DNA of 64,000 nt, taken from NCBI GenBank assembly GCA_964490105.1, contig CAZAZU010000001.1, positions 22,706 to 86,705 of the forward strand, in the 5' to 3' direction. Made by a program: the position numbers and the translations under genes. The notes beneath the pieces were generated by a model, which had not been told where the DNA came from, did no database searches, and saw nothing but the letters and a program-made list of their open reading frames with translations. This stretch comes from an uncultured Gammaproteobacteria bacterium (GTDB lineage: Bacteria; Patescibacteriota; Microgenomatia; Levybacterales; UBA12049). This document shows positions 1 to 8,853 of the stretch, one piece after another. The stretch's first letter is position 1, and every line of letters starts with the position of its first letter.

Positions 1-24
1 TTTACGAAAAGAAAAAGAAATAAT

Positions 25-768
25 TTATTTTCCGCCTTTTTGCCAATCGACAGATTTTAGAATTCCCGTAAAAACATCTTCACCTAAATCTATTTTCATT
101 TCGTCCAGTTCGTTCTTGCTTGGAGTTCTTCTTACAAAATTTATTTGACCGATGTCATTAACGATACCTAATGGTGTTTGTTCATAAGCCTCACCCATCT
201 CTAAAACAGAAGCCGCTGCGATACAATCCACCATGTTAAGTGTCTCTACATGTAGAGGGCGACCAAAAATATCAGGTTTTCCAATGTAGCTTCTGATCGG
301 TTCAAATCCGCACCATGAAAGTCCGACTGCTGTAACTCCGCGTCTCATTGGTGCTAGTTTGGAATCAGTTACGACAACTCCTAATTTTTTGATCCCATGC
401 TTTTTTCTTAAGTATTCCCAGATTTTGTTTGTGGTTTCTACCAAATTTTCTGGCCATAAAATATAGTAACCGTGGCCATTTGATTCATCAATTCCAGCAG
501 AGGCGATCAAGATATTATTTTTAATCGTGAGATAAACTCCAAAATTTACATATTCTTCAGGTAAATATAGATCTGCCTCTTTTTTAACTAGTTCTGATTT
601 ATCAATAGTACCATCATTTTTTAGAACTCTTCCCTGAGTAATGGAAATAATTTTTGAGGTAATTATGACTACATCTTTTTCGTGAAGTTTTGGAAGAAAC
701 TCATCAAGAATAGGGAATAATTCATCTCCAACTTCTACTTTCTTAGTTTTTATAGGCGTTACTTTCAT
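25..768 (-). CDS. CofE-like F420-0:gamma-glutamyl ligase family protein (PF01996-like)
   Basis: By-eye alignment to archaeal CofE: VVIITSKIISITQGR, SAGIDESN, VVVTDSKLAPMRRGVTAVGLSWCG, GKPDIFGRPLHVETLNMVDCIAAASVLEMGEA. Confidence 0.75.
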   Translation of the reverse strand: MKVTPIKTKKVEVGDELFPILDEFLPKLHEKDVVIITSKIISITQGRVLKNDGTIDKSELVKKEADLYLPEEYVNFGVYLTIKNNILIASAGIDESNGHGYYILWPENLVETTNKIWEYLRKKHGIKKLGVVVTDSKLAPMRRGVTAVGLSWCGFEPIRSYIGKPDIFGRPLHVETLNMVDCIAAASVLEMGEAYEQTPLGIVNDIGQINFVRRTPSKNELDEMKIDLGEDVFTGILKSVDWQKGGK

Positions 769-1139
769 GCTGCTTCTTCTCCTAACATAAACCCTAGCCC
801 AAGTTTTCGCAATGCTTCGGGATCATAATTAGCTGGATTATCAGGAAGTCTTCTTACAGCTACTAATCTCGTGTGCGTAGGATGTGTCGCAAGCGCTTCA
901 TCTAGCGGTTGAAGAGTTAAATGGCCAATATGATCCACATTATGAACTACAAACTGCTCTCCGAGGGGACTGACCCATGCGACCGCAAGATGAGTTCCAT
1001 ACAGATCAGTTCTCTCAGGTTTTTGTTGGCCTATTATGTCTCCTGTTTGAATATCATTAACTGGAGTTCCTAGTTCATGGTCTTCTAAAAATTGTGAAGC
1101 TCTCAATCCTGGGGGTGGAGGTTGCTTTCCAAGAAGCAT
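765..1139 (-). CDS. hypothetical protein, Lys-poor, no recognised domain
   Basis: 124-aa ORF with ATG start; codon third positions AT-rich like neighbours; 4-nt overlap with upstream gene. Confidence 0.45.
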   Translation of the reverse strand: MLLGKQPPPPGLRASQFLEDHELGTPVNDIQTGDIIGQQKPERTDLYGTHLAVAWVSPLGEQFVVHNVDHIGHLTLQPLDEALATHPTHTRLVAVRRLPDNPANYDPEALRKLGLGFMLGEEAA

Positions 1140-1335
1140 AGCGATTGCATATGCTGATGTCTCACAATTAGCGCCCTCATCTGGGTTTTGTAAAACATCT
1201 TGTGGGGTAATTGCACCATTATGTCTTTTGGCTACGTATGGAATGGGATATGGGTTCGGTCTTTCTAAAATGAACTTATTTACCTCTTTCGCTGTATAAT
1301 ATAATGGTTGGAGTTCAATTTGTAAATATGATTAG

Positions 1336-1350
1336 TTCTGCAGAGCAGAA
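1336..1350. promoter_or_regulatory. 15-bp palindrome TTCTGCAGAGCAGAA upstream of folA, flanked by direct repeat ATGATTAGT (1327-1335 and 1368-1376)
   Basis: Seen in sequence; lies 18 nt upstream of the folA ATG. Confidence 0.35.
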
Positions 1351-1367
1351 TTGTTTAGTTTTTAATT

Positions 1368-1880
1368 ATGATTAGTATAGTTGCTGCGATTGATTCTAAA
1401 AGGGGACTTGGTAAAAATAACGACTTGTTGTTCAAAATACCTGAAGATTTTAAAAGAATGCAGAAGCTCACGATGGGTCACCCGATAATTATGGGTCGCC
1501 GCACTTTTGAATCTATCGGTCGCATTCTTCCTGGCAGAACAAATATTATTATTACTCAAAATCCAAGTTTCAAGCTTTCAGATTTAGCCTCGCAAGGGGA
1601 CGCCTTGCAAGGCTACGTGGTAAATTCGTTAGAGAAGGGAATTGAGGTAGCGAAGAAGAGTCCGGGGAGCGAGGAAATAATTATTTTCGGCGGGGGACAG
1701 ATTTTTACAGAAGCCATAGAAAAAGAATTGGTGGATGTTTTACATTTAACAGTGGTTGAGGGAGATTACAGTGCAGATACCTTTTTCCCAGATTATTCAA
1801 GATACGATAAAGTTTTATATGAAGAAAAAGGGGAGTCCGGCCAATATAGATTTACTTTTTTAGATCTTACGAGGAGTTAG
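1368..1880 (+). CDS. folA: dihydrofolate reductase
   Basis: IVAAIDSKRGLGKNNDLLFKIPEDFKRMQKLTMGHPIIMGRRTFESIG, GRTNIIIT: classic DHFR N-terminal motifs. Confidence 0.93.
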   Translation: MISIVAAIDSKRGLGKNNDLLFKIPEDFKRMQKLTMGHPIIMGRRTFESIGRILPGRTNIIITQNPSFKLSDLASQGDALQGYVVNSLEKGIEVAKKSPGSEEIIIFGGGQIFTEAIEKELVDVLHLTVVEGDYSADTFFPDYSRYDKVLYEEKGESGQYRFTFLDLTRS

Positions 1881-2792
1881 CGCAAGCTCCGTAGCGATTT
1901 GAAGAAGCGGATAGGTCAGGTTGAATTTTTTGATATCGGGTCTAATTTTTTTCAAAACACCTTCGTTAAATCCATGTAGAGCAGTTTGAAGCATGTTCCT
2001 TACTGCATGTTCGAATCCTGGCGTATCTTTTTCAATACCATTAATGCTTAAAACTGCACCAAGACTTAGAAAAGTACCAGCTGATAATCCACCAGCAACA
2101 GCCGTTATATCGGGAATAGCGGGTTGAGACTTGCTTCCAATATTTTGAGCATATGCTTCCGCTGAATAAAATCTATAAAAAGCTTCAACGTATTGAACAA
2201 ATCCTCTGGGAGTTGCCAAATATCTAATCAAATCCCTGTCGAAAATAGCAGTTACTGAATCTGAAGCAGCATCAAATGATCCTCGTCCTCTTAACGCTGT
2301 TCCTGCCTCAACTTCATAATAAGCTTCTTTTCCCGCTTTTCTTACGCGTGCCATAAGTCCCAAATTGCTTCTAATTTCTTCAAGGTTGCGGGGTTTCCCT
2401 AAGCTAATTGTTTCAGGTTCTCGATCTGGTACAAGTCGCTGGCCAGTAGAAGAGGGACGAAGCACCAGTGGTCTAGTTCTAACATCAGCTGCTAATACAA
2501 AGCTTGAAGGCCCGCCTGTAAAAACTCCTATTTGATTATTGGGGTTTTGAGCATCTAAGACAAATTCAGCTTTATGACGTGCAATTTCGATCATGCTCTG
2601 ATGATTTAATTCTGGGTCAGGGCCTGTTACAAACATTACCTGGTAATTAGTATTAGCAGTAAAAGATTTTAGATAATGCTGTCTTCGTGGGCTTGTAGTT
2701 ACACCAATGATCACAGAATCTGGCTGTGGCTCAGGCTCTCTGCCAGTTCTTCTAGCCCTATCTGTAAGAGGTGGTCCTTCGGATCGGGGCAT
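1860..2792 (-). CDS. hypothetical protein (310 aa), Arg/Pro/Gly-rich N-terminus, no recognised motif
   Basis: Long ORF convergent with folA, ends overlap by 21 nt; native AT-rich codon third positions. Confidence 0.6.
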   Translation of the reverse strand: MPRSEGPPLTDRARRTGREPEPQPDSVIIGVTTSPRRQHYLKSFTANTNYQVMFVTGPDPELNHQSMIEIARHKAEFVLDAQNPNNQIGVFTGGPSSFVLAADVRTRPLVLRPSSTGQRLVPDREPETISLGKPRNLEEIRSNLGLMARVRKAGKEAYYEVEAGTALRGRGSFDAASDSVTAIFDRDLIRYLATPRGFVQYVEAFYRFYSAEAYAQNIGSKSQPAIPDITAVAGGLSAGTFLSLGAVLSINGIEKDTPGFEHAVRNMLQTALHGFNEGVLKKIRPDIKKFNLTYPLLQIATELALTPRKI

Positions 2793-2822
2793 TATGCGCG
2801 CATTTTATCACAACTCCCTGTA

Positions 2823-2851
2823 TTGACAAAATAAAGCTCCCATAGTATTAT
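2823..2851 (+). promoter_or_regulatory. sigma70-like promoter TTGACA-17-TATTAT, 5 nt before the guaB ATG (leaderless)
   Basis: Consensus hexamers with 17-nt spacer read directly. Confidence 0.6.
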
Positions 2852-2856
2852 TAATT

Positions 2857-3999
2857 ATGGACCACCAAAAATCTTCTTTCTCCACATCTCTCACCTTTGA
2901 CGACATTTTATTAGTTCCCAATTACGCTGGTTTTTCTCGTGATGAGATAGATCTTTCTACCAGACTCACAAAAAAAATTAAATTAACACTTCCTTTTGTT
3001 TCGTCTCCTATGGATACAGTTACAGAATTTGAACTTGCAACTGCGCTTGCGCAGCTTGGGGGAATTGGAATTATTCACAGAAATTTATCAATAAAAGATC
3101 AGGCAGATCAAGTAGGTAAGGTAATTAAAAAAGGTTTGATAGTCGGTGCTGCAGTGGGAGCTGGGAAAGGATTTGAGGAAAGAGTGGAGGCATTAGTAAA
3201 AGCAAATGTTACTATAATAGTGGTAGATAGTGCACATGGATATAGCAAGCAAATAATTGATGTAATTAAATTTATAAAGAAGAAATACCCAAAGCTTGAG
3301 ATTATTGCTGGAAATATAGCGACTGCTGATGGAGCTAAAGCTTTAATTCAGGCTGGGGCTGATGGACTTCGTGTTGGGATGGGTCCGGGAGCAATCTGTA
3401 CTACTAGGGTAATTTCAGGAATGGGAGTTCCTCAGGTAACTGCAATTATGGAAACCGTAAAAGTCGCAGATAAATTTGGAATTCCAGTTATTGCTGATGG
3501 AGGAATTAAATATTCTGGAGATATGGTAAAAGCGCTAGCTCTAGGAGCATCCGCTGTGATGATGGGAAGCTTTTTTGCTTCATGTGAGGAAGCACCTGGA
3601 GAAAAAATAAAATTATCTAAAGATCAGGTTCCGCACAGGTTTCAAAGTATTTTTGAGAAAAATAAAAAGACATATTTATTTAAATCTTATAGAGGTATGG
3701 GATCAGTTGCAGCTATGCAAAAAGGCGCAAAAATAAAATCTGAAGGAGAGTTTCATGGAAAAAGTTATAAAGAAAGAGTTTTAGTCGCTGAAGGAGTAGA
3801 AGGATTGGTCCCTGTTAAAGGTTCCGTTTCCGATTTACTTGATCAGGCAACTGGGGGAATAAAATCTGGAATGTATTATGTTGGAGCTAAGAATTTAAAG
3901 GAGCTTAAGAAAGCTAAATTTACTAAGATAACACAAGCGTCATTAACGGAATCACATCCTCATGACGTACTTATCACAAATGCAGGACAAAACTACTAA
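2857..3999 (+). CDS. guaB: IMP dehydrogenase, short form lacking CBS domains
   Basis: [14 protein letters not shown], catalytic loop [36 protein letters not shown]; followed by guaA. Confidence 0.88.
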   Translation: MDHQKSSFSTSLTFDDILLVPNYAGFSRDEIDLSTRLTKKIKLTLPFVSSPMDTVTEFELATALAQLGGIGIIHRNLSIKDQADQVGKVIKKGLIVGAAVGAGKGFEERVEALVKANVTIIVVDSAHGYSKQIIDVIKFIKKKYPKLEIIAGNIATADGAKALIQAGADGLRVGMGPGAICTTRVISGMGVPQVTAIMETVKVADKFGIPVIADGGIKYSGDMVKALALGASAVMMGSFFASCEEAPGEKIKLSKDQVPHRFQSIFEKNKKTYLFKSYRGMGSVAAMQKGAKIKSEGEFHGKSYKERVLVAEGVEGLVPVKGSVSDLLDQATGGIKSGMYYVGAKNLKELKKAKFTKITQASLTESHPHDVLITNAGQNY

Positions 4000-5521
4000 T
4001 AAAAAAATATTTGTCGTAGACTTCGGCGGACAAACCGCTCACCTCATAACTCGACGTCTTAAAGATCTAGGAATTAATTCTCAGTTAATTGATCCTGAAA
4101 ATGCCGTAAAAATTTCATTGAAAAATAAGCCATCGGGTTTGATCTTTTCCGGTGGGCCAGCATCTGTTTACGAAACTTCTGCCCCAACAATTGATGTAAA
4201 AATATTTGAACTCGGTTTACCCATACTTGGAATTTGTTATGGCTGGCAGCTTATGGCTCATCTACTTGGTGGGGAAGTGGAGTCGGGAAATAAAGAATAT
4301 GGGCCAACTATATTAACAATTTCAGGATTTGATTCTTTGTTTTATGGTCTTCCGAATTTTACAAAAGTAATTGAATCACATGGAGATACTGTTAAAAAAA
4401 TGCCATCAGGATTTGTGGTGACAGCAAAAACTGAAACCGTAAAATTTGCTGCTGTAGAAAATCCTAAGAAAAAATTATACGGAGTGCAGTTTCACCCTGA
4501 AGCACATCATTCAGAAAAAGGATCTGAGATGCTCAAAAATTTCGCAACTCGTGTATGTAATTTAGGGCTGTCTCCTCAGAAATTAGACACAGATGAAATC
4601 ATTAATGAAATAAAAGAAAAAGTAGGAAATAAAAAAGTGATTGGTGCTTTTTCTGGCGGAACTGATTCTGCTGTGGCTGGAGCATTAGTCGCAAGAGCGA
4701 TCGGGAAAAATTTTATTCCATTTTTTGTAGATTCAGGTCTTATGCGGGAAGAAACAATCGGAAGAATTGAAAAAGATTTTCCAAAAGTCTTAGGTGTACC
4801 GGTCGAAATAATTTCAGCCCGTGAATTGTTTCTTGCGCGACTTAAAGGATTGACTGATCCGGAGGAAAAAAGAAAAGCAGTTGGAAAATTATATATAGAA
4901 CTTTTTGAAAAAGAAATGAAAAGACATAAGGATGCGATTTTTCTTCTTCAGGGTACAACTTATGCGGATTTTATTCATTCGCAGGGAACTAAATTATCAG
5001 CGAGAATTAAATCTCATCATAACGTAGGAGGTTTGCCTAAAGAAATGAAGCTAAAATTACTTGAGCCTCTTAGATTTTATTACACAGATCAGGTAAGAGA
5101 AATTGGAGTTAAAATTGGACTTCCTCGTGACATGGTTTATCAACAGCCTTTTCCTGGACCTGGGCATGCAGTAAGAATTGTAGGAGAAGTGACCCCCGCA
5201 CGGCTTAAACAGCAAGTTCAGGCAGATGGGATAGTAGTTGAGGAGCTTAGAAAATCAGGTTGGTATAAAAAAGTTTTTCAATGCTGGTCTGTTATGACTG
5301 GGACAAATTCTACAGCGGTAAAAGGAGACGGGAGGTTTTATGGAGAAGTGATAGCTATAAGAATTGTTAATAGTAAAGATAGAATGACTGCGGAAATTGC
5401 ACGAGTTCCTTTCCCAGTTCTTGAAAAAATTGCATCTCGAATAGTAAATGAAGTTCCAAATGTTTCGCGAGTAGTTTATGACATTACCTCTAAACCTCCA
5501 GCAACAATGGAATGGGAATAA
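3962..5521 (+). CDS. guaA: GMP synthase (glutamine amidotransferase + ATP pyrophosphatase)
   Basis: KKIFVVDFGGQ, GICYGWQLM, HPE, P-loop GAFSGGTDSAV; true start may be the ATG at 3980. Confidence 0.9.
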   Translation: MTYLSQMQDKTTNKKIFVVDFGGQTAHLITRRLKDLGINSQLIDPENAVKISLKNKPSGLIFSGGPASVYETSAPTIDVKIFELGLPILGICYGWQLMAHLLGGEVESGNKEYGPTILTISGFDSLFYGLPNFTKVIESHGDTVKKMPSGFVVTAKTETVKFAAVENPKKKLYGVQFHPEAHHSEKGSEMLKNFATRVCNLGLSPQKLDTDEIINEIKEKVGNKKVIGAFSGGTDSAVAGALVARAIGKNFIPFFVDSGLMREETIGRIEKDFPKVLGVPVEIISARELFLARLKGLTDPEEKRKAVGKLYIELFEKEMKRHKDAIFLLQGTTYADFIHSQGTKLSARIKSHHNVGGLPKEMKLKLLEPLRFYYTDQVREIGVKIGLPRDMVYQQPFPGPGHAVRIVGEVTPARLKQQVQADGIVVEELRKSGWYKKVFQCWSVMTGTNSTAVKGDGRFYGEVIAIRIVNSKDRMTAEIARVPFPVLEKIASRIVNEVPNVSRVVYDITSKPPATMEWE

Positions 5522-5641
5522 GACGAATTTTCAATTTCTAATTTTTAATTTTCAATGAATGTTTCAAATATTAAATTTTAAAACATTTGGATTTGAATAA
5601 GAATTCCAAATTTCGAATTTAAAATTAGTTTATTTTGCCTG

Positions 5642-5670
5642 TTGCAATAGTCTAAATTCGTTTGTATACT
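5642..5670 (+). promoter_or_regulatory. promoter TTGCAA-17-TATACT for glyA, followed by a 12-nt leader with GGAGAG
   Basis: Read from sequence. Confidence 0.5.
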
Positions 5671-5682
5671 CGGAGAGAATTG

Positions 5683-7002
5683 ATGAACAATTTAAAGAAA
5701 ACTGACCCTCAAATTTACAACCTCGTAAAAGACGAAGAAAAAAGACAATTAGAAGTCCTCGAAATGATCCCCTCAGAAAATTACACATCCTCCTCGATTC
5801 TTGAGGCGCTTGGAACAGTTCTTAACAATAAGTATTCTGAGGGATATCCTAAGAAAAGATACTACCAGGGAAACGCAGTTGCCGATGAAGTAGAGCAGTT
5901 AGCAATTGATCGCGCAAAAAAACTTTTTGGTGTGCCATTCGCTAACGTTCAGGCTTTATCTGGAGCACCTGCGAATTCGGCAGTACAGATGGCAGTTTTA
6001 AAACCAGGGGACACACTTATGGGATTGTCACTAGCTTTTGGGGGTCATCTCACACATGGTGCGCCAAAAACATTTTCGTCCACCTTTTTTAGAGCAGTCC
6101 AATACGAATTAGATAAAAACGGAAAATTTGATTTTGACGCAATTCTTAAGCTTGCTAAAAAAGAAAAACCAAAATTAATTATTTGCGGTTTTACTGCATA
6201 TCCTAGAACAATTGATTTTAAGAAATTTGCAGAAGTAGCCGATAAGGTTGGGGCATTTTTACTTGCAGATATTTCTCATATAGCAGGTTTGGTCGCTGCA
6301 GGAGTCCATCCTTCACCAGTTAATCATGCACATATTGTTACAACCACGACTCATAAGACTTTAAGGGGTCCTCGCGGAGCAATAATAATGGTAACTAACA
6401 AGGGGCTAAAAAAAGACTCAGAGTTGAGAAAAAAGATTGATAGTGCGATTATCCCGGGTTTGCAGGGTGGACCACATGATAACCAGACAGCAGCTATAGC
6501 AGTAGCACTCAAAGAAGCATCAACTGCAAGCTTTAAAAAGTACTCCGCACAGGTGGTAGCGAATTCAAAAGCACTTGCAAAAGCATTAAATGGATATGGT
6601 TTTGATTTGGTATCAGGAGGATCTGATAATCATTTAATTCTTATAGATTTAAGAAATAAAAATGTGGATGGTGCGACTGCTGCAATCGCACTAGAAGTTG
6701 CAGGAATAGTTCTAAATAAAAATGGTGTGCCGTTTGATCCAAGTCCTCCTTTTTATCCAGCAGGAATTAGGCTTGGAACTCCAGCAATTACTACTCGAGG
6801 TTTGAAAGAAAAAGATATGCTAAAAGTGGCCAAATGGATGAATGATGCTATAGAAGAGGTGGTAGGGAAAAACTTACCAACAGACAAGGAAGAAAGAAAA
6901 GAATACTGGATAAATTACAAAGCAAGTGTTTGGAAAAACAAAAAACTTTTAGGAATTGGCGCCGAAGTAAAATCCTTAATGAAGAAGTACCCTTTGCCCT
7001 AA
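5683..7002 (+). CDS. glyA: serine hydroxymethyltransferase
   Basis: PSENYTSSSILEALGTVLNNKYSEGYP, PLP-lysine region TTTTHKTLRGPRG; the ORF-track start at 5662 is a TTG, whereas the ATG at 5683 (MNNLKK) fits the SHMT N-terminus. Confidence 0.92.
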   Translation: MNNLKKTDPQIYNLVKDEEKRQLEVLEMIPSENYTSSSILEALGTVLNNKYSEGYPKKRYYQGNAVADEVEQLAIDRAKKLFGVPFANVQALSGAPANSAVQMAVLKPGDTLMGLSLAFGGHLTHGAPKTFSSTFFRAVQYELDKNGKFDFDAILKLAKKEKPKLIICGFTAYPRTIDFKKFAEVADKVGAFLLADISHIAGLVAAGVHPSPVNHAHIVTTTTHKTLRGPRGAIIMVTNKGLKKDSELRKKIDSAIIPGLQGGPHDNQTAAIAVALKEASTASFKKYSAQVVANSKALAKALNGYGFDLVSGGSDNHLILIDLRNKNVDGATAAIALEVAGIVLNKNGVPFDPSPPFYPAGIRLGTPAITTRGLKEKDMLKVAKWMNDAIEEVVGKNLPTDKEERKEYWINYKASVWKNKKLLGIGAEVKSLMKKYPLP

Positions 7003-7018
7003 ATAGAGTATTACGATT

Positions 7019-7375
7019 ATGGCAAGCGTAAATAAAGAGCATAGTTGGGATGGAGTTGGTAGAATTCACAGGCTTAGAGTGCCTAGATATAATAATCTTC
7101 CTGAACGAGCAAAATCATTAGTATCATTTAGACATTCAGTTCCTCATGTTCCAGAAGTACAAATGACTGAAGGCGTAGAGCTTCCACTTCGTTATGATAG
7201 GAGTCATCTTGAGGTATCTCACAGATTGGTGGCTTCCGTTGGAGAAGAAAGACCATTACCAATAAGAGAATTTGTTTTAGTAAGCTTACAGCAGCCTGCA
7301 TGGAGAGAATTCTTTGGCAGCATTCTTCATCAGGGAGGACACCATACAGAAGCCCCGTTGCAAAATTCAGCCTGA
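7019..7375 (+). CDS. hypothetical His/Arg-rich small protein (118 aa); coding status uncertain
   Basis: ORF fills the glyA-rpsB gap; AT-rich third codon positions; no homology recognised; overlaps the rpsB -35 box. Confidence 0.3.
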   Translation: MASVNKEHSWDGVGRIHRLRVPRYNNLPERAKSLVSFRHSVPHVPEVQMTEGVELPLRYDRSHLEVSHRLVASVGEERPLPIREFVLVSLQQPAWREFFGSILHQGGHHTEAPLQNSA

Positions 7376-7386
7376 AATTGTATAAT
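7358..7386 (+). promoter_or_regulatory. rpsB promoter TTGCAA-17-TATAAT
   Basis: Perfect -10 and near-consensus -35 read from sequence. Confidence 0.65.
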
Positions 7387-7400
7387 ACCTCAATCACTCA

Positions 7401-7440
7401 CATTCAGATATTTGCTCTGGAGATATCTTCGATCTGAATG
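7401..7440 (+). promoter_or_regulatory. rpsB 5' leader hairpin (CATTCAGAT...ATCTGAATG with a nested AGATAT/ATATCT stem)
   Basis: 9-bp inverted repeat in the ~75-nt leader between the -10 box and the rpsB ATG; S2 autoregulates its own leader in other bacteria. Confidence 0.45.
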
Positions 7441-7461
7441 GCGGTTTAAGAGCAAAGAAAT

Positions 7462-8355
7462 ATGAAAGAAATCACATTAGAACAACTTCTCGAAGCAGGG
7501 TGCCATTTTGGTCACCAAGTAACGCGCTCAAATCCTAAAGCCAGGGATTTTATTTTCGAAGCAAGAGACGGAATTCATATTATTGATCTTGCAAAAACAA
7601 AAGAAGGTCTTGAAGAAGCTGCAAAATATCTAAAAAATCTTGCAAAAAATCCAGGAACAACACTTCTTATAGTTGGAACAAAAAGACAAAGCCATGAAGT
7701 TCTTCTTAAAGAAGTTGAAAGAGCAAAGGGACAAATTAAAGGAGATTCAGGGCTTTATTATGTTACCAACAAATGGATTGGCGGACTTTTAACCAATTTC
7801 CAAGAAGTAAGTAAGAACTTTAAAAAACTTATTGATTTAACTCACAACTTAGCAACTCCATCTGCACAAGAAGGTTATACTAAAAAAGAAGTCGGTGGGT
7901 GGGGAAAAGAAAGAGAAAAGTTAAATGGTTTTTATGGCGGAGTTTTCCAAATGACAAAGAGACCAGACGCACTTTTCATTATTGATTCAAGACTTGAAGA
8001 TTTAGCAGTCAGGGAGGCACTTAGAATGAATGTTCCAAGCGTTGCAATTACTGATACAAATGCTGACCCAGCACTAGTTGATTATGCGATTCCTGCAAAC
8101 GATGATGCTGTTGGAAGTTTGGAGCTTATTATTGGGTATCTCATGGACGCATGGGCTGAAGGAAAAAATTCTATCAAAGAAGAAAAACCAAAAGAAGAAA
8201 AAAAACCAGCAGTTAAAAAAGCAGCAAGCGGAGCATCAGCACAGGAAGTTGTAGCACAAGCTCTAAAAGAAGAAGCTGCAAAGGAAGTTAAGAAAGCTCC
8301 AGCGAAAAAATCTCCTGCAAAGAAAGCAGCTAAGACAGAAAAGAAAAAGGCTTAA
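7462..8355 (+). CDS. rpsB: 30S ribosomal protein S2 with Lys/Ala-rich C-terminal extension
   Basis: LLEAGCHFGHQVTRSNPKARDFIF...IHIIDL...LIVGTKRQ; KKAAK-type tail. Confidence 0.95.
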   Translation: MKEITLEQLLEAGCHFGHQVTRSNPKARDFIFEARDGIHIIDLAKTKEGLEEAAKYLKNLAKNPGTTLLIVGTKRQSHEVLLKEVERAKGQIKGDSGLYYVTNKWIGGLLTNFQEVSKNFKKLIDLTHNLATPSAQEGYTKKEVGGWGKEREKLNGFYGGVFQMTKRPDALFIIDSRLEDLAVREALRMNVPSVAITDTNADPALVDYAIPANDDAVGSLELIIGYLMDAWAEGKNSIKEEKPKEEKKPAVKKAASGASAQEVVAQALKEEAAKEVKKAPAKKSPAKKAAKTEKKKA

Positions 8356-8357
8356 AA

Positions 8358-8810
8358 ATGGCAATCGATATTGAATTATTAAAACAAATTAGAGAAGAGA
8401 CCTCAGCGTCTATCGCGGATTGCAGAAAAGCATTAGAAGAATCAAACGGAGATTATAAAAAAGCAATCGAATGGCTTCAAAAAAGAGGAGCAGAAATTGC
8501 TGAGAAGAAAGCAGACCGCGAAACCTCACAAGGTATAGTAGAATCATATGTTCATGGTGGAGGAAAAATCGGAGTAATTGTAGCTATTCTTTGTGAGACA
8601 GATTTCGTAGCTAGAACTCAAGAGTTTAAAGATCTTGCGCATGAAATAGCTATGCAAATTTCCGCAATGAATCCAAAAAATGTAGAGGAACTTCTTTCTC
8701 AGGAATATATTAGAGATCCAAAGCTTAAGATAGAAGATTTAGTGAAAGCTACAATTGGAAAAACAGGAGAGAATATAAAAGTTAGAGAATTTTCTAGAAT
8801 TGAACTGTAG
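8358..8810 (+). CDS. tsf: elongation factor Ts, short form (150 aa)
   Basis: LKQIREETSASIADCRKALEESNGDYKKAIEWLQKRG...LCETDFVART. Confidence 0.9.
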   Translation: MAIDIELLKQIREETSASIADCRKALEESNGDYKKAIEWLQKRGAEIAEKKADRETSQGIVESYVHGGGKIGVIVAILCETDFVARTQEFKDLAHEIAMQISAMNPKNVEELLSQEYIRDPKLKIEDLVKATIGKTGENIKVREFSRIEL

Positions 8811-8853
8811 ACTCTTCATGTATCTATGCATGAAGACTTGGTATAATTAAATT

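Noticed and set aside
6848-7069. Minus-strand ORF overlapping the glyA 3' end (73 aa)
   Set aside because: Antisense to a highly conserved SHMT coding region; low-complexity Leu/Phe composition; shadow ORF.
7128-7397. 89-aa minus-strand ORF across the rpsB promoter
   Set aside because: Overlaps the rpsB promoter and the 7019 ORF; no support.
7019-7440. RNase P RNA or tmRNA in the glyA-rpsB spacer
   Set aside because: No GGAAAGUCCGG P4 signature, no tRNA-like T-arm/ACCA end and no tag-peptide reading frame were found by eye. The 3' part is explained by the rpsB promoter and leader hairpin.
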